The translations under genes were made by a program, and so were the position numbers. DNA of 63,228 bases, counting the filler. It is 5 parts of 5 records of this genome, joined end to end, with 100 filler letters (N's around TTAATTAATTAA, not from the genome) between each part and the next. Parts side by side here need not be neighbours in the genome. Positions count along the whole stretch, not along the records: positions 1 to 21,824 come from DRR378314_2253; 4 more parts are not named here. The stretch is one strand, 5' to 3'. The notes beneath the pieces were generated by a model. The model did not search any database. It was given only the letters and a program-made list of their open reading frames with translations, and was not told where the DNA came from. Below, piece by piece: positions 1 to 9,454 of this stretch. Numbering within the stretch: the stretch's first letter is position 1; each line of letters opens with the position of its first letter.

Positions 1-1
1 C

Positions 2-277
<276 letters not shown>

Positions 278-297
278 GCGATTACGGACAAGGAAGT

Positions 298-705
298 ATG
301 GCCAACAAACTCCACTTCTCACTCGTCTCGCCTGCCAGAGAGCTTTTCTCTGGCGAGGTGGACCATGTGATCGCCCCCGGCTCGGAAGGTGAGTTCGGCG
401 TGCTGGCAAACCATGCTCCGTTCATGACGACACTGAAGAACGGTGTCGTTCGTGTTCTGGAAGGCAACGACGTCAAGATGCGCATTTTTGTGCGTGGCGG
501 CTTTGCGGACGTCACGCCTGAAGGCCTGACCATTCTTGCCGAAGAAGCTCGCATGCTGGACAAGCTCAAGGTTGAGGATGTCCAGAAAGAGCTCGAAGAG
601 ACGCATCTGAAGATACAATCACTCGACAAGGAAGACAGCACTCGGCTGACCTTGCAGGAGCATTATGACTACCTGGAAAGCCTCAAGGCTGCGATGGTCA
701 ACTGA
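298..705 (+). CDS. atpC: ATP synthase epsilon subunit
   Basis: LVSP...PGSEGEFGVLANHAP...GGFADV motifs; directly follows atpD; AAGGA upstream. Confidence 0.96.
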   Translation: MANKLHFSLVSPARELFSGEVDHVIAPGSEGEFGVLANHAPFMTTLKNGVVRVLEGNDVKMRIFVRGGFADVTPEGLTILAEEARMLDKLKVEDVQKELEETHLKIQSLDKEDSTRLTLQEHYDYLESLKAAMVN

Positions 706-727
706 CGGGCTTTCTGCCATATCGCAT

Positions 728-761
728 AAAAAACGCCGCCCCCTTTGGAGCGGCGTTTTTT
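728..761. terminator. Bidirectional intrinsic terminator
   Basis: AAAAAACGCCGC-loop-GCGGCGTTTTTT between convergent atpC and S9 peptidase genes. Confidence 0.85.
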
Positions 762-790
762 ATTGATCTATCGTTCAGTGATGCTGCCCA

Positions 791-2809
791 CTACAGGCCA
801 CACTCGTTTGACAGAAAGTCCTCGATTGCCTTCAGGCTTTGTCGTTGCTGCTCCGGCGTCCAAGGTAAGCTGTGCGGCATGTCCGGAATGTTGACGTATT
901 TCGCCACCGTATGATCTTTGATGGCGTTATAGAAAGCTTTGCCATACTCATCTGGGACCCTGACGTCGCGATCGCCGTGAAAAACCAGGATTGGAATTTC
1001 CGCGTTAGCTACATCTTCGATGATGTCTCGCCCTGACAAACCTTCGGCGTAGGCCATTCTTCCGAAACGGCTCTGGTCCACATTGACATTGATTTTTGCG
1101 GATTCAGCGTAGCCAGCCCCGGCGATAGAACATTGATAAGGACTGTTCGGTCTAGTCGCTGCTGCCATTGCAGCATAGCCACCATAGGAATAGCCAAACA
1201 TGGCGATTTTGTCTTCAGCGGCATAACCTTCATTCACCAGCCAAGCGGCACCATCATCCTTGTCATCTTGAACGACGCCGCCAAACTTGCCATCCCCAGC
1301 AGTCCAGAGATCTAGTCCCCAGCCTTCGCTGCCTCGATATTGGGGTTGGAGAACGGTGAATCCCCGGGAGGTCAAGAAGGGAACCCAAGCGCTGGCGTCC
1401 CAACCTCCATAGTCGCGTGCCCACGGTCCCCCATGAGGTAGGATTATTGCCTTGCCTGGTGCGTCGTTTGGTTTCCACCCCGCGCGAGTGGTTAGGATGG
1501 CTGGCAATTTCATACCATCTCGCGCGGTATAATAAACGAGCTTGCTTTGGCCAATGTCTTGGGGGTTGATCCACGGGCGCTCATTGCCGATAGCCGTAAG
1601 CTGCGCTTGGTCTTCGAGTATGAAATAGCGGGGCGGCTGATTGGATGCTTCGGTTGCGAAAACAATTCGGTTCAAATCATTTGAGATATGAATGGCTCTC
1701 ACGTCTTGCCCGGAAAAGGCCTGCTCCAAGCCTAGCATAATTGCACCCACCTCTGGATCAACCCACTCCACTTTTCTGACTTCAGCAGAGTATGCGAATC
1801 CCAACACTCGTCCAAATCGGCTAGGAGCGGAAGAAACTATGACCCCGGAGGCATCGAAATCCGGATGCGCAAAAACAGGTTCGTCGCTGAATTTCCGGCT
1901 CACGGGATCGTAGGTGTAGATGTTAGCTTTGTCTGAAAATTTGTTCGTTACAATGAAGTAGCGACCGCTTTCTTCGTCCCATGCGTCGACCACCAATTCT
2001 TGACGCTTGACCAAGTCAACCGACAATTCCTCATGCAGTTCAAGCGGGGCTCCTTTATGAGCGCGAACATACGTATCCAGCTGAAATGTGTTTCCCTCTT
2101 CGTCCAAACCCGAAGCGGACATAACTTCACCGTCGCGGTCATCAATATATCCGGCAGATCTGCTCGACGTGTTCTTGAATATATTAGACGTTTCTCCGGA
2201 TTGGAGATCGTAGTATGCAATCTCCGTGCTGAATGTACGAGGGTCCAGTCGGGAAATAACCACTCTTTCTGGGTCCAATGGCAATCTGGACACGACGCTG
2301 CCTCGTCCTTCCATGCGCATGCAAGTCTCAGTCGACTTGCTAACTCCGCGCATGCTTCTTTCATCGAGAAACGGCTCGTCAAACTCATCGAAATTTTGAT
2401 CTGTAATGAAGAGCTTTCGAACCCAGGTACGCGTGGACCCCGTCATTTTCCCTTCTGAGCAACCGCGAAGTGATCCCGTGTAAGGTTGGCGCACAACCGT
2501 CATTGCATACCCGTCCTTCAGTGCCCTCACGGCAACGAATTCCGAGTCGTCTCCATCTGGAGCCGCGAGAACAGGGGGACGGGTAAGGTCTGTTAAATCC
2601 CATGATGCGAGGACGGCACGGTCTTGATCGTCACCTTCAGAGGGGCCGATTAGCGCAAACATTGATTGCCCATCGATAGAAACGGACACGCTCGTCATGG
2701 CTGGGATTCTTGCCAAGTCCTCGATAGGAACGGGTTCGCCGTGTGAGACTTGACCAAGTGAGACTGCGGCTAAGGTCAGGCCAGCAGTGAGCCAAGCTTT
2801 TCTATTCAT
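791..2809 (-). CDS. Secreted S9 (prolyl oligopeptidase/acylaminoacyl peptidase-like) serine peptidase
   Basis: N-terminal signal peptide; PHGGP, QPQYRGS, GYSYGG nucleophile elbow, HGDRDVRV (Asp), DMPHS (His). Confidence 0.92.
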   Translation of the reverse strand: MNRKAWLTAGLTLAAVSLGQVSHGEPVPIEDLARIPAMTSVSVSIDGQSMFALIGPSEGDDQDRAVLASWDLTDLTRPPVLAAPDGDDSEFVAVRALKDGYAMTVVRQPYTGSLRGCSEGKMTGSTRTWVRKLFITDQNFDEFDEPFLDERSMRGVSKSTETCMRMEGRGSVVSRLPLDPERVVISRLDPRTFSTEIAYYDLQSGETSNIFKNTSSRSAGYIDDRDGEVMSASGLDEEGNTFQLDTYVRAHKGAPLELHEELSVDLVKRQELVVDAWDEESGRYFIVTNKFSDKANIYTYDPVSRKFSDEPVFAHPDFDASGVIVSSAPSRFGRVLGFAYSAEVRKVEWVDPEVGAIMLGLEQAFSGQDVRAIHISNDLNRIVFATEASNQPPRYFILEDQAQLTAIGNERPWINPQDIGQSKLVYYTARDGMKLPAILTTRAGWKPNDAPGKAIILPHGGPWARDYGGWDASAWVPFLTSRGFTVLQPQYRGSEGWGLDLWTAGDGKFGGVVQDDKDDGAAWLVNEGYAAEDKIAMFGYSYGGYAAMAAATRPNSPYQCSIAGAGYAESAKINVNVDQSRFGRMAYAEGLSGRDIIEDVANAEIPILVFHGDRDVRVPDEYGKAFYNAIKDHTVAKYVNIPDMPHSLPWTPEQQRQSLKAIEDFLSNECGL

Positions 2810-3148
2810 TTGAAGTTCCTCAATTCTGGTTTCTGGTGAGGTGACTTCATTGAGGTGAGCGTTGTCAAGACGAGCTCTGCACGGCCCTGTAGCTCAGAAA
2901 ACGATGAAAATTGTTTCTCATCATCGCGGTGTTATCGGGCTATACTGTGCTGATCCGGCAAAAAATTGGCAGAAATGTCACAGATGACAAAATGAACAGC
3001 AAAAAATGATCCGGCTTATTGATTTTAATATTACAGGTCTGCAATCCTCTCTGTAGAGGGGCGGTAAATTGAGTTCTTGGACTTCAAAGATATGGAGTCT
3101 GATTTGCCGACACTCGAACCTAGGTGAGCTTCGAGAGGATCGAGATAA

Positions 3149-6100
3149 ATGAATAGAACGAAACGGAATGATTTTTTGTTCCGCACAGTCGCGCTAGGAG
3201 CGCTGTGTAGTGGACTGGCTTTTGGTGCAGTTGCGCAAGATGCTTCTGACGAAGCGGACGATGCCATCATATCTACCCCGACAGCGGCAGAAGATGACAG
3301 CGAAGCGCTGACCCAAGAAACGATTCGCGTAACGGGATCGCGACTGGCGAATGAATTCACGAGCATCGCGCCGCTCGACATCATTTCTGCTGACTCTGGC
3401 GCGCTCAAAGGGATCGCTGATGTCGGTACCCTGCTGCAGACTGCCACGGTAGCCGCCGGCTCGCCACAGGTGACGGCAGCGACGTCGTCGGCCTTCGTTC
3501 AGAATGGCGGCATCGGTACGGAAACCATCTCCCTGCGCGGACTTGGAGCCAACCGGACGCTGGTCCTGCTCAATGGCCGCCGGGCTGGCCCTGCCGGTAC
3601 GCGCGGTGGCGTGTCGTCATTTGACCTCAATGCGATCCCGCTGTCTGCAGTTCAGAACGTCGAAATCCTGAAGGATGGCGCGTCCTCCATCTACGGTTCG
3701 GACGCGGTCGCAGGTGTCGTGAACATCATCACCAAGAAAGACGACGTTTCCGAAATCGATTTCTTCTACAGTGCACCTGAAGAGGCTGGCGGTGAGCAAC
3801 TACGCTTGAGCGGCAGCTATGGCAAGGCGCTGGACCGTGGCAATTTCCTCGTGTCTCTGGATTACTCCAAGCGCGAAGAGCTAGCTCAGGGTGACCGGGA
3901 TTATTTCTCCTGCGGACAGCCGTACGTCTTCAATCGTGATGGCAGCCGGGCTGATGTCGTCGATCCGCGCACGGGCGACTATGCCTGTCAGGATCTGCCA
4001 TGGGGGCACGTTTGGTTGTACAACTATCTAGACGCTGGCTTGACGGGACGCCCGTGGCAGTCTCGTCCACAGCTTCTGCAGTATGATTATGATGGTTCGC
4101 TGGCTGCCAACGGTCTTGCGCCATGGGGCCCGAACGATTTCGGCCTTGACGTACCTGCCGGTTGGTTCCCGGTTGGCTTGGGCGAATTGCTTCTGCCGGG
4201 CGCCACGTTTGATCCAGTCTATTCGCCAACGGCGCTACTGTCCGAAGGCTTGACGAACAACGACCATCCGTTCCAGGACCAAACTACGATGATCCCGGAA
4301 GTCGAGCGTGTCACTCTGTACGGAAATGGCGACTTTGAACTTACGGATTCTGCCACGCTTTATGGCGAGTTCCTGCTGAACCGTCGTGAGACGAAAGTGA
4401 ACGGTTATCGCCAGTTCTGGCAGTACGACTACATGTACAACTACTTGGGGACCATCTTTACCAACAATCCCAACCTTGAGGCCAACGGGTTTGGTGCGGC
4501 GGCTGGGGAGTTCAGCTTTATTGGTTTGAGCCCGACTGCGATCACCGATCATTCCGATGACAATATCACAGTAGACTATATGAATGCGGTGATCGGTCTC
4601 GAAGGATCAATGAACTCACTGATCCCTGATTGGCACTACAACACATTCTTCCAGTTTTCCCGCTCTGACGGCGACTACACGTCTGACTTGATCTATGATG
4701 ACGCCATTACGCCGTATCAGTATTTCAGAACTGGGAGCTGTGCAGCCGATGCAGACGGTGTCACGGATGTGCGTGGTGTTCCGTGTATCACTCCTGATTG
4801 GTATAACCCTGAATTCCTTGCAGGGAACATTTCTGCCGAAGATCGGGCATTTCTGTTCGGTACGGAAACCGGTAATACGGTTTACGAGCAGGCTCAGTTT
4901 GAGGCATTTATCGATGGTCCGGTCTTCGAGTTGCCAGCAGGCACTGTGAACCTTGGACTTGGTGTTAGCTTCATTGATGAGCGTATCAACGATACGCCAG
5001 CTGAAGCCTTCCGGATCGGCAACGCTTGGGGTTCCAGTACTGCTGGAATCACAAAAGGGTCCAAAGAAACAACCGCAGTGTTCGGCGAGATTGCCATCCC
5101 TCTGTTGAAGGACAAGCCATTGGCGGAAGCGGTCGACTTGTCCTTGTCGGCTCGTTGGACGGATGTTGACGTTTACGGATCCGACACGACCTACAAGGCC
5201 GGTCTAGGCTGGCAAGTCACACCGTCCATTCGCGCTCGCACCACTTATGGTACATCGTTCCGTGCACCGGCTCTCTTCGAGCTCTATCTCGCGGAGCAGA
5301 CAAGCTTCTTGGGCCAGCGTTCAATAGATCCTTGCATCAATTGGGCAGCAAATCTGGCGAATGGTGACATTTCGCAGCGTCTTGCGGACAATTGTGATGC
5401 GGGCGGCGTGCCGGGCAATCACAATGGTTCTGGATCTAGCGCGACTATTTTTGCAAGCGGCAATGCCGGCATACTGGAGGCTGAAACCTCCGATGCCTTC
5501 AATGTCGGCCTGATCTGGGCACCGGAATTTGCGGACTTCCGTATTTCCGTTGACTATTTCGAGATCAATATCGAAGACCAGATCACCCAGCTCGGGGCGA
5601 ACAATATCCTGCTTGGCTGTTACAATTCTGATAATTTCGCGACAGAGCCGCTGTGTGACCTGTTCGAACGGAATGACAACTTCTTGGTCTCTGAAGTCAC
5701 GAACAACTTTATCAACGTGGCTGATCAGACCAATTCCGGTCTTGATGTTGCTGCAGAGTACAGCCGTGACTTCTCGTTTGGTTCACTGACGCTGACCACT
5801 CAGCACACGTTCCAATTCGAGGACGAGCTGACATTGTTCGAGAACAGCGAACCGATCGACACCAATACCGAAGCTGGCAATCCGGAATGGGTCGGTGAGA
5901 TCAGCGCGACGCTTGATCGTGGGCCTTGGTCCTACTTCTGGGGTGTGGACTTCATCGGGTCGACGTCGAACGTGGAAAGCTATGGCGGCACGACCGGAAC
6001 GTATTTCGGTACGCCGGTCTTCTTCAAGCTTGAGACTGAAGCGACGACCTATCACAACATGTCGATCAGCCGTGAGTTGCCACATGGCGTGGATGTCCGC

Positions 6101-6250
6101 GTTGGTGTATCGAACATCTTTGATGAGCATCCGCCAGCAGTCACCACGCTGGGATTGGGTGAATACAACACCGTCGGAACATCGGCCTTCTACTCCCAGT
6201 ATGATTGGCTTGGCCGTCGGTTCTTCCTAAACGTAAGCAAGGAATTCTAG
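3149..6250 (+). CDS. TonB-dependent receptor (1033 aa, Cys-rich loops)
   Basis: Signal peptide, TonB box-like ETIRVTGS, plug motifs LRGLGANRTLVLLNGRR and VEILKDGASSIYGSDAVAGVVNIITK, C-terminal Phe. Confidence 0.95.
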   Translation: MNRTKRNDFLFRTVALGALCSGLAFGAVAQDASDEADDAIISTPTAAEDDSEALTQETIRVTGSRLANEFTSIAPLDIISADSGALKGIADVGTLLQTATVAAGSPQVTAATSSAFVQNGGIGTETISLRGLGANRTLVLLNGRRAGPAGTRGGVSSFDLNAIPLSAVQNVEILKDGASSIYGSDAVAGVVNIITKKDDVSEIDFFYSAPEEAGGEQLRLSGSYGKALDRGNFLVSLDYSKREELAQGDRDYFSCGQPYVFNRDGSRADVVDPRTGDYACQDLPWGHVWLYNYLDAGLTGRPWQSRPQLLQYDYDGSLAANGLAPWGPNDFGLDVPAGWFPVGLGELLLPGATFDPVYSPTALLSEGLTNNDHPFQDQTTMIPEVERVTLYGNGDFELTDSATLYGEFLLNRRETKVNGYRQFWQYDYMYNYLGTIFTNNPNLEANGFGAAAGEFSFIGLSPTAITDHSDDNITVDYMNAVIGLEGSMNSLIPDWHYNTFFQFSRSDGDYTSDLIYDDAITPYQYFRTGSCAADADGVTDVRGVPCITPDWYNPEFLAGNISAEDRAFLFGTETGNTVYEQAQFEAFIDGPVFELPAGTVNLGLGVSFIDERINDTPAEAFRIGNAWGSSTAGITKGSKETTAVFGEIAIPLLKDKPLAEAVDLSLSARWTDVDVYGSDTTYKAGLGWQVTPSIRARTTYGTSFRAPALFELYLAEQTSFLGQRSIDPCINWAANLANGDISQRLADNCDAGGVPGNHNGSGSSATIFASGNAGILEAETSDAFNVGLIWAPEFADFRISVDYFEINIEDQITQLGANNILLGCYNSDNFATEPLCDLFERNDNFLVSEVTNNFINVADQTNSGLDVAAEYSRDFSFGSLTLTTQHTFQFEDELTLFENSEPIDTNTEAGNPEWVGEISATLDRGPWSYFWGVDFIGSTSNVESYGGTTGTYFGTPVFFKLETEATTYHNMSISRELPHGVDVRVGVSNIFDEHPPAVTTLGLGEYNTVGTSAFYSQYDWLGRRFFLNVSKEF

Positions 6251-6273
6251 GCTACGTTAAGCCAATAAACTCG

Positions 6274-6304
6274 AAAGCGGCGGAGCGTATCCGCCGCTTT
6301 TTTT
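6274..6304 (+). terminator. Intrinsic terminator after the receptor gene
   Basis: AAAGCGGCGGA-GCGTA-TCCGCCGCTTT followed by T-run. Confidence 0.85.
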
Positions 6305-6353
6305 ATTTTGTTCCATAGATTAAAGTGTCCGGGTACCAGAAGGAGAAATCGGT

Positions 6354-7142
6354 TTGCCGCAGATAACGATGCAGAAAGACAATCTGGATGAGCGAAACTT
6401 AGAGTTTTCTCATCAGCCGCTCACTGCGCCCGTCTTCTTAAACTCGGTGCCGAAAAGTGGAACGCATTTGATGCGCAACATCATGCGTATGTTTGTAGCC
6501 AATGAGCAGCAATACCACGATACTTTCATTCAGATCCCGATTATGCACAATCATGCTCGGGCCTTTGATCCTGCCCAACCATTTCTCAGCTGGGGGCATC
6601 TGCTTTTCTCGGACGAGTCCATGTTCGCGACGCGATTGACGCGGCACATTCTGCTAGTCCGCGATCCCTATACTTGGGTGTTGGCGCGAGCGCGGTTCTT
6701 TATATCTGAGAATTTTGAAGCCTCGCTGGACCATCTCAAAAGTGAAGCGTTTTCTCCTGAATCGTTGTTGAATATGATGATATTCGGCATTCATGGCAAA
6801 GCGCCTCCAATGAATGACATTTATACGTTCAACGCTACAGCATGGTTGGGCACTGGTGTTCATCTGTACCGGTACGAAGACATTGTTGAGAACCTCAGGG
6901 ACATAGATTCGAAGCGGGCTCGTGACTATTTCGGGGCGCTGCTCGAAACGTGCGGCATTGCGGTTCCTGACGATTGGAAGCAGCGCATCCTGATCGGAAG
7001 CGATAAGAAGCAAAGCGGTACTGCTCGTGAAAATCTTGTTGTCAACAACAACCGATTGCCCTCGCAGTTGCCTGAAATGCAAAGAAGGCTCGTCGAAGTT
7101 GCCGTACCTGGATTGCGTGAGTTGCTAGGGTACAAATCCTAG
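6354..7142 (+). CDS. Sulfotransferase-fold (P-loop) protein
   Basis: 5'-PSB-like NSVPKSGTH, 3'-PB-like LVRDP, RYED motif; TTG start with AGGAG RBS. Confidence 0.7.
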   Translation: MPQITMQKDNLDERNLEFSHQPLTAPVFLNSVPKSGTHLMRNIMRMFVANEQQYHDTFIQIPIMHNHARAFDPAQPFLSWGHLLFSDESMFATRLTRHILLVRDPYTWVLARARFFISENFEASLDHLKSEAFSPESLLNMMIFGIHGKAPPMNDIYTFNATAWLGTGVHLYRYEDIVENLRDIDSKRARDYFGALLETCGIAVPDDWKQRILIGSDKKQSGTARENLVVNNNRLPSQLPEMQRRLVEVAVPGLRELLGYKS

Positions 7143-7166
7143 ATCGGTCATTCAGAGGATTTGTAC

Positions 7167-7835
7167 CTAACTTCCCGCAGGACGCTCTTCTGGAAGGCGG
7201 GCGGCTGCGTCCTTCAGGAAGCGGGCCAGCTTTTCAGCGGTCTCAGCGCCCTGAACCGCAACGCGGCGATTGGCGATATAGGTTGGAACACCGCTGATAC
7301 CCATTTGCTGGAAAAGAGCTTCTTCCTGCCGGACATTGTCTACGTCGGCGTCGGTCGGAAGAAGCTCGGCAACAATGCTCGAATCCAGATCGATCTCCCG
7401 GGCGATGTCGACCAGCACATCAGTTTCACCGATGTCGCGGCCGTCGGAGAAATAGGCCTTGAACAGGGCTTCCTTTGCGAGGGCACCTTTCTGCTGGCCT
7501 TGAGCCCAGCGAACCAGCCGGTGTGCGTTGAAGCTATTCGGGCGGCGGGTGATCTTGTCGAAATTGTACGGGATGCCCTCCGCGTGGCCATAATCGATCA
7601 GCGCCTGACGCATGGTATTGGCGCGATCCTTGCCCGCATCAGAGCCGAACTTTTCTCTCATGTGCGCCTTGTAGTCGACGCCAGCAGCCGGGATCGTCGG
7701 GTCCAGCTCGAACGGGCGGAATATCAACTCCACATCCAGTTCCGGGACCAGTTTGATTGCTTCATCCATCCTGCGTTTGCCGAGCCAACACCACGGGCAA
7801 ACCAGGTCCGATACCATTTCGATTACGAGTGTCAT
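7167..7835 (-). CDS. DsbA/FrnE-family dithiol oxidoreductase
   Basis: SDLVCPWCWLGKRR, PNSFNAHRL, GISGVPT. Confidence 0.9.
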   Translation of the reverse strand: MTLVIEMVSDLVCPWCWLGKRRMDEAIKLVPELDVELIFRPFELDPTIPAAGVDYKAHMREKFGSDAGKDRANTMRQALIDYGHAEGIPYNFDKITRRPNSFNAHRLVRWAQGQQKGALAKEALFKAYFSDGRDIGETDVLVDIAREIDLDSSIVAELLPTDADVDNVRQEEALFQQMGISGVPTYIANRRVAVQGAETAEKLARFLKDAAARLPEERPAGS

Positions 7836-7878
7836 GCCCTTTACCTAGGTGCGGTTGCGTCGGGACGCAAATAAACCG

Positions 7879-9342
7879 TCAGTGAGATTGGGTGAGGTCT
7901 GCGCCAATCCTGCGAACTTCCCCGACCAACACGTCCAGGTCCGATTGTGCCGTTCGGTGATTTGTAATGTTCACGCGAATGGCTGTCTTGCCGTCAATCC
8001 GTGTGGTGGATGGTGCCGCGATGCCGGACATTTGAAGCTGAATAGCTATGTCTTCGTTGAGGGAATTCAGGTCCACGTTGCTCGCTGACGCCGGAACGTA
8101 GCGGAAGCAGCAGATCTGCATGGAGACTGGTAGAAGCAGTTCCAGGTCGCTCGCCTCTTCAACAAGGTCCCCGAGGTACGCAGCTTGTTCGCAGTTGCGC
8201 GATATCATCCGGCCCAGTTTCTCTTCACCATGCTCCGCGATCTGGGCCCAGACTTTCAAGGCACGAAAGCCGCGTGATAGCTCGGGCCCCAGTTCGACCG
8301 GCCAGGTTCCACCAGCGGCGAGGCCATGCTCCGCGGATTTGAGGTAATCTGGCCTGTCGGAAAAGGATTTCAGGTGTGTGTCCCCTGAGCGGATTAGGAT
8401 GCAGCCAGCATCGTAATTGACATGAAGCCATTTATGGAAGTCGAAGGCGATAGAGTCTGCGCGTTCCAGACCGGCGAGGCGGTGTCGCAATCTGTCGCTC
8501 AACATTCCAAGTGCACCAAAGGCACCATCAACGTGGAACCAGAGCTGCTCTGTCTCAGATATGTCTGACAGAGCCATGAGGTCGTCAATCGTGCCAGCAT
8601 TTACAGACCCACACGTCCCGGCGATCAGAAACGGTTCAAATCCGCCCTCGCGGTCTTCATGGATTTGCTTCTTCAGTAGTTCGATATCGAGTTGGTGGTC
8701 AGGCGTTACGGAGATCCGCCGCAGGCCGTCTGTGCCGAGGCCGACCATATCGAATGCGCGGGCAATGCAGGCATGCGCCTCAGTCGAGGTATATCCTACG
8801 AGTTTATGACCTCCGAGGCCTTCCTTGCGGCTGTTGAAATCAAGGCGCGCATCGCGGGCTGCCTTGATCGCGACGATCGTTGCCATGGACGTGCCGGACA
8901 TGACTAGTCCGCTTGCCTCATCAGGAAATGAGAACAGCTTCTTGCACCATTCGATCACCAGCCGCTCTACTTCGATCGCGGCATGGTTTCGCCCGCCAGT
9001 ATTGGCATTCATTGTCGCGGCGGCGATTTCTGCCACGAGGTTTGACGGTGTGCCTGACCCGTGAACCCAGCCGAAGAAGCGGGGGTGTGTGTTTCCCACA
9101 CCGTAAGGCAATAGCTTTTGGAGCGTTGTATCGACTTGTTCGGAAGACTGGCCTGTCTGGGACAGATCAAAAAGGGATTTGATCTCGTCCGGAAATGGCG
9201 TCCAGACCCGTCCTTCATGCGACCGCTCCATCTGGTCGACCGCAATGTCTATCATGCGATGCAGACGCATGCGGAAATCTTCCCAATCCTCAGGATCGAG
9301 GCTGTCTGTATCGGGCACGTTCGGTATGTCGGGATTGGCCAT
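7879..9342 (-). CDS. Group II PLP-dependent amino acid decarboxylase
   Basis: HPRFFGWV, SGTSMAT, WFHVDGAFG, DSIAFDFHKW (PLP lysine), ELSRGFRALK. Confidence 0.92.
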   Translation of the reverse strand: MANPDIPNVPDTDSLDPEDWEDFRMRLHRMIDIAVDQMERSHEGRVWTPFPDEIKSLFDLSQTGQSSEQVDTTLQKLLPYGVGNTHPRFFGWVHGSGTPSNLVAEIAAATMNANTGGRNHAAIEVERLVIEWCKKLFSFPDEASGLVMSGTSMATIVAIKAARDARLDFNSRKEGLGGHKLVGYTSTEAHACIARAFDMVGLGTDGLRRISVTPDHQLDIELLKKQIHEDREGGFEPFLIAGTCGSVNAGTIDDLMALSDISETEQLWFHVDGAFGALGMLSDRLRHRLAGLERADSIAFDFHKWLHVNYDAGCILIRSGDTHLKSFSDRPDYLKSAEHGLAAGGTWPVELGPELSRGFRALKVWAQIAEHGEEKLGRMISRNCEQAAYLGDLVEEASDLELLLPVSMQICCFRYVPASASNVDLNSLNEDIAIQLQMSGIAAPSTTRIDGKTAIRVNITNHRTAQSDLDVLVGEVRRIGADLTQSH

Positions 9343-9454
9343 GTTTTACCGATCCAGCCTTTTTTGTGTGGAGACAACGGATTCGGGCGTGGGCGAGCGC
9401 ATGGGTCGCACCCTGCCTGCGTCATGAACAGTCCTGCGATGAGGTTGTTCCAAT

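Noticed and set aside
2810-3148. Possible lasso-peptide or other RiPP precursor next to the S9 peptidase and receptor
   Set aside because: No small ORF with an RBS and leader/core pattern found, and no maturation enzymes nearby.
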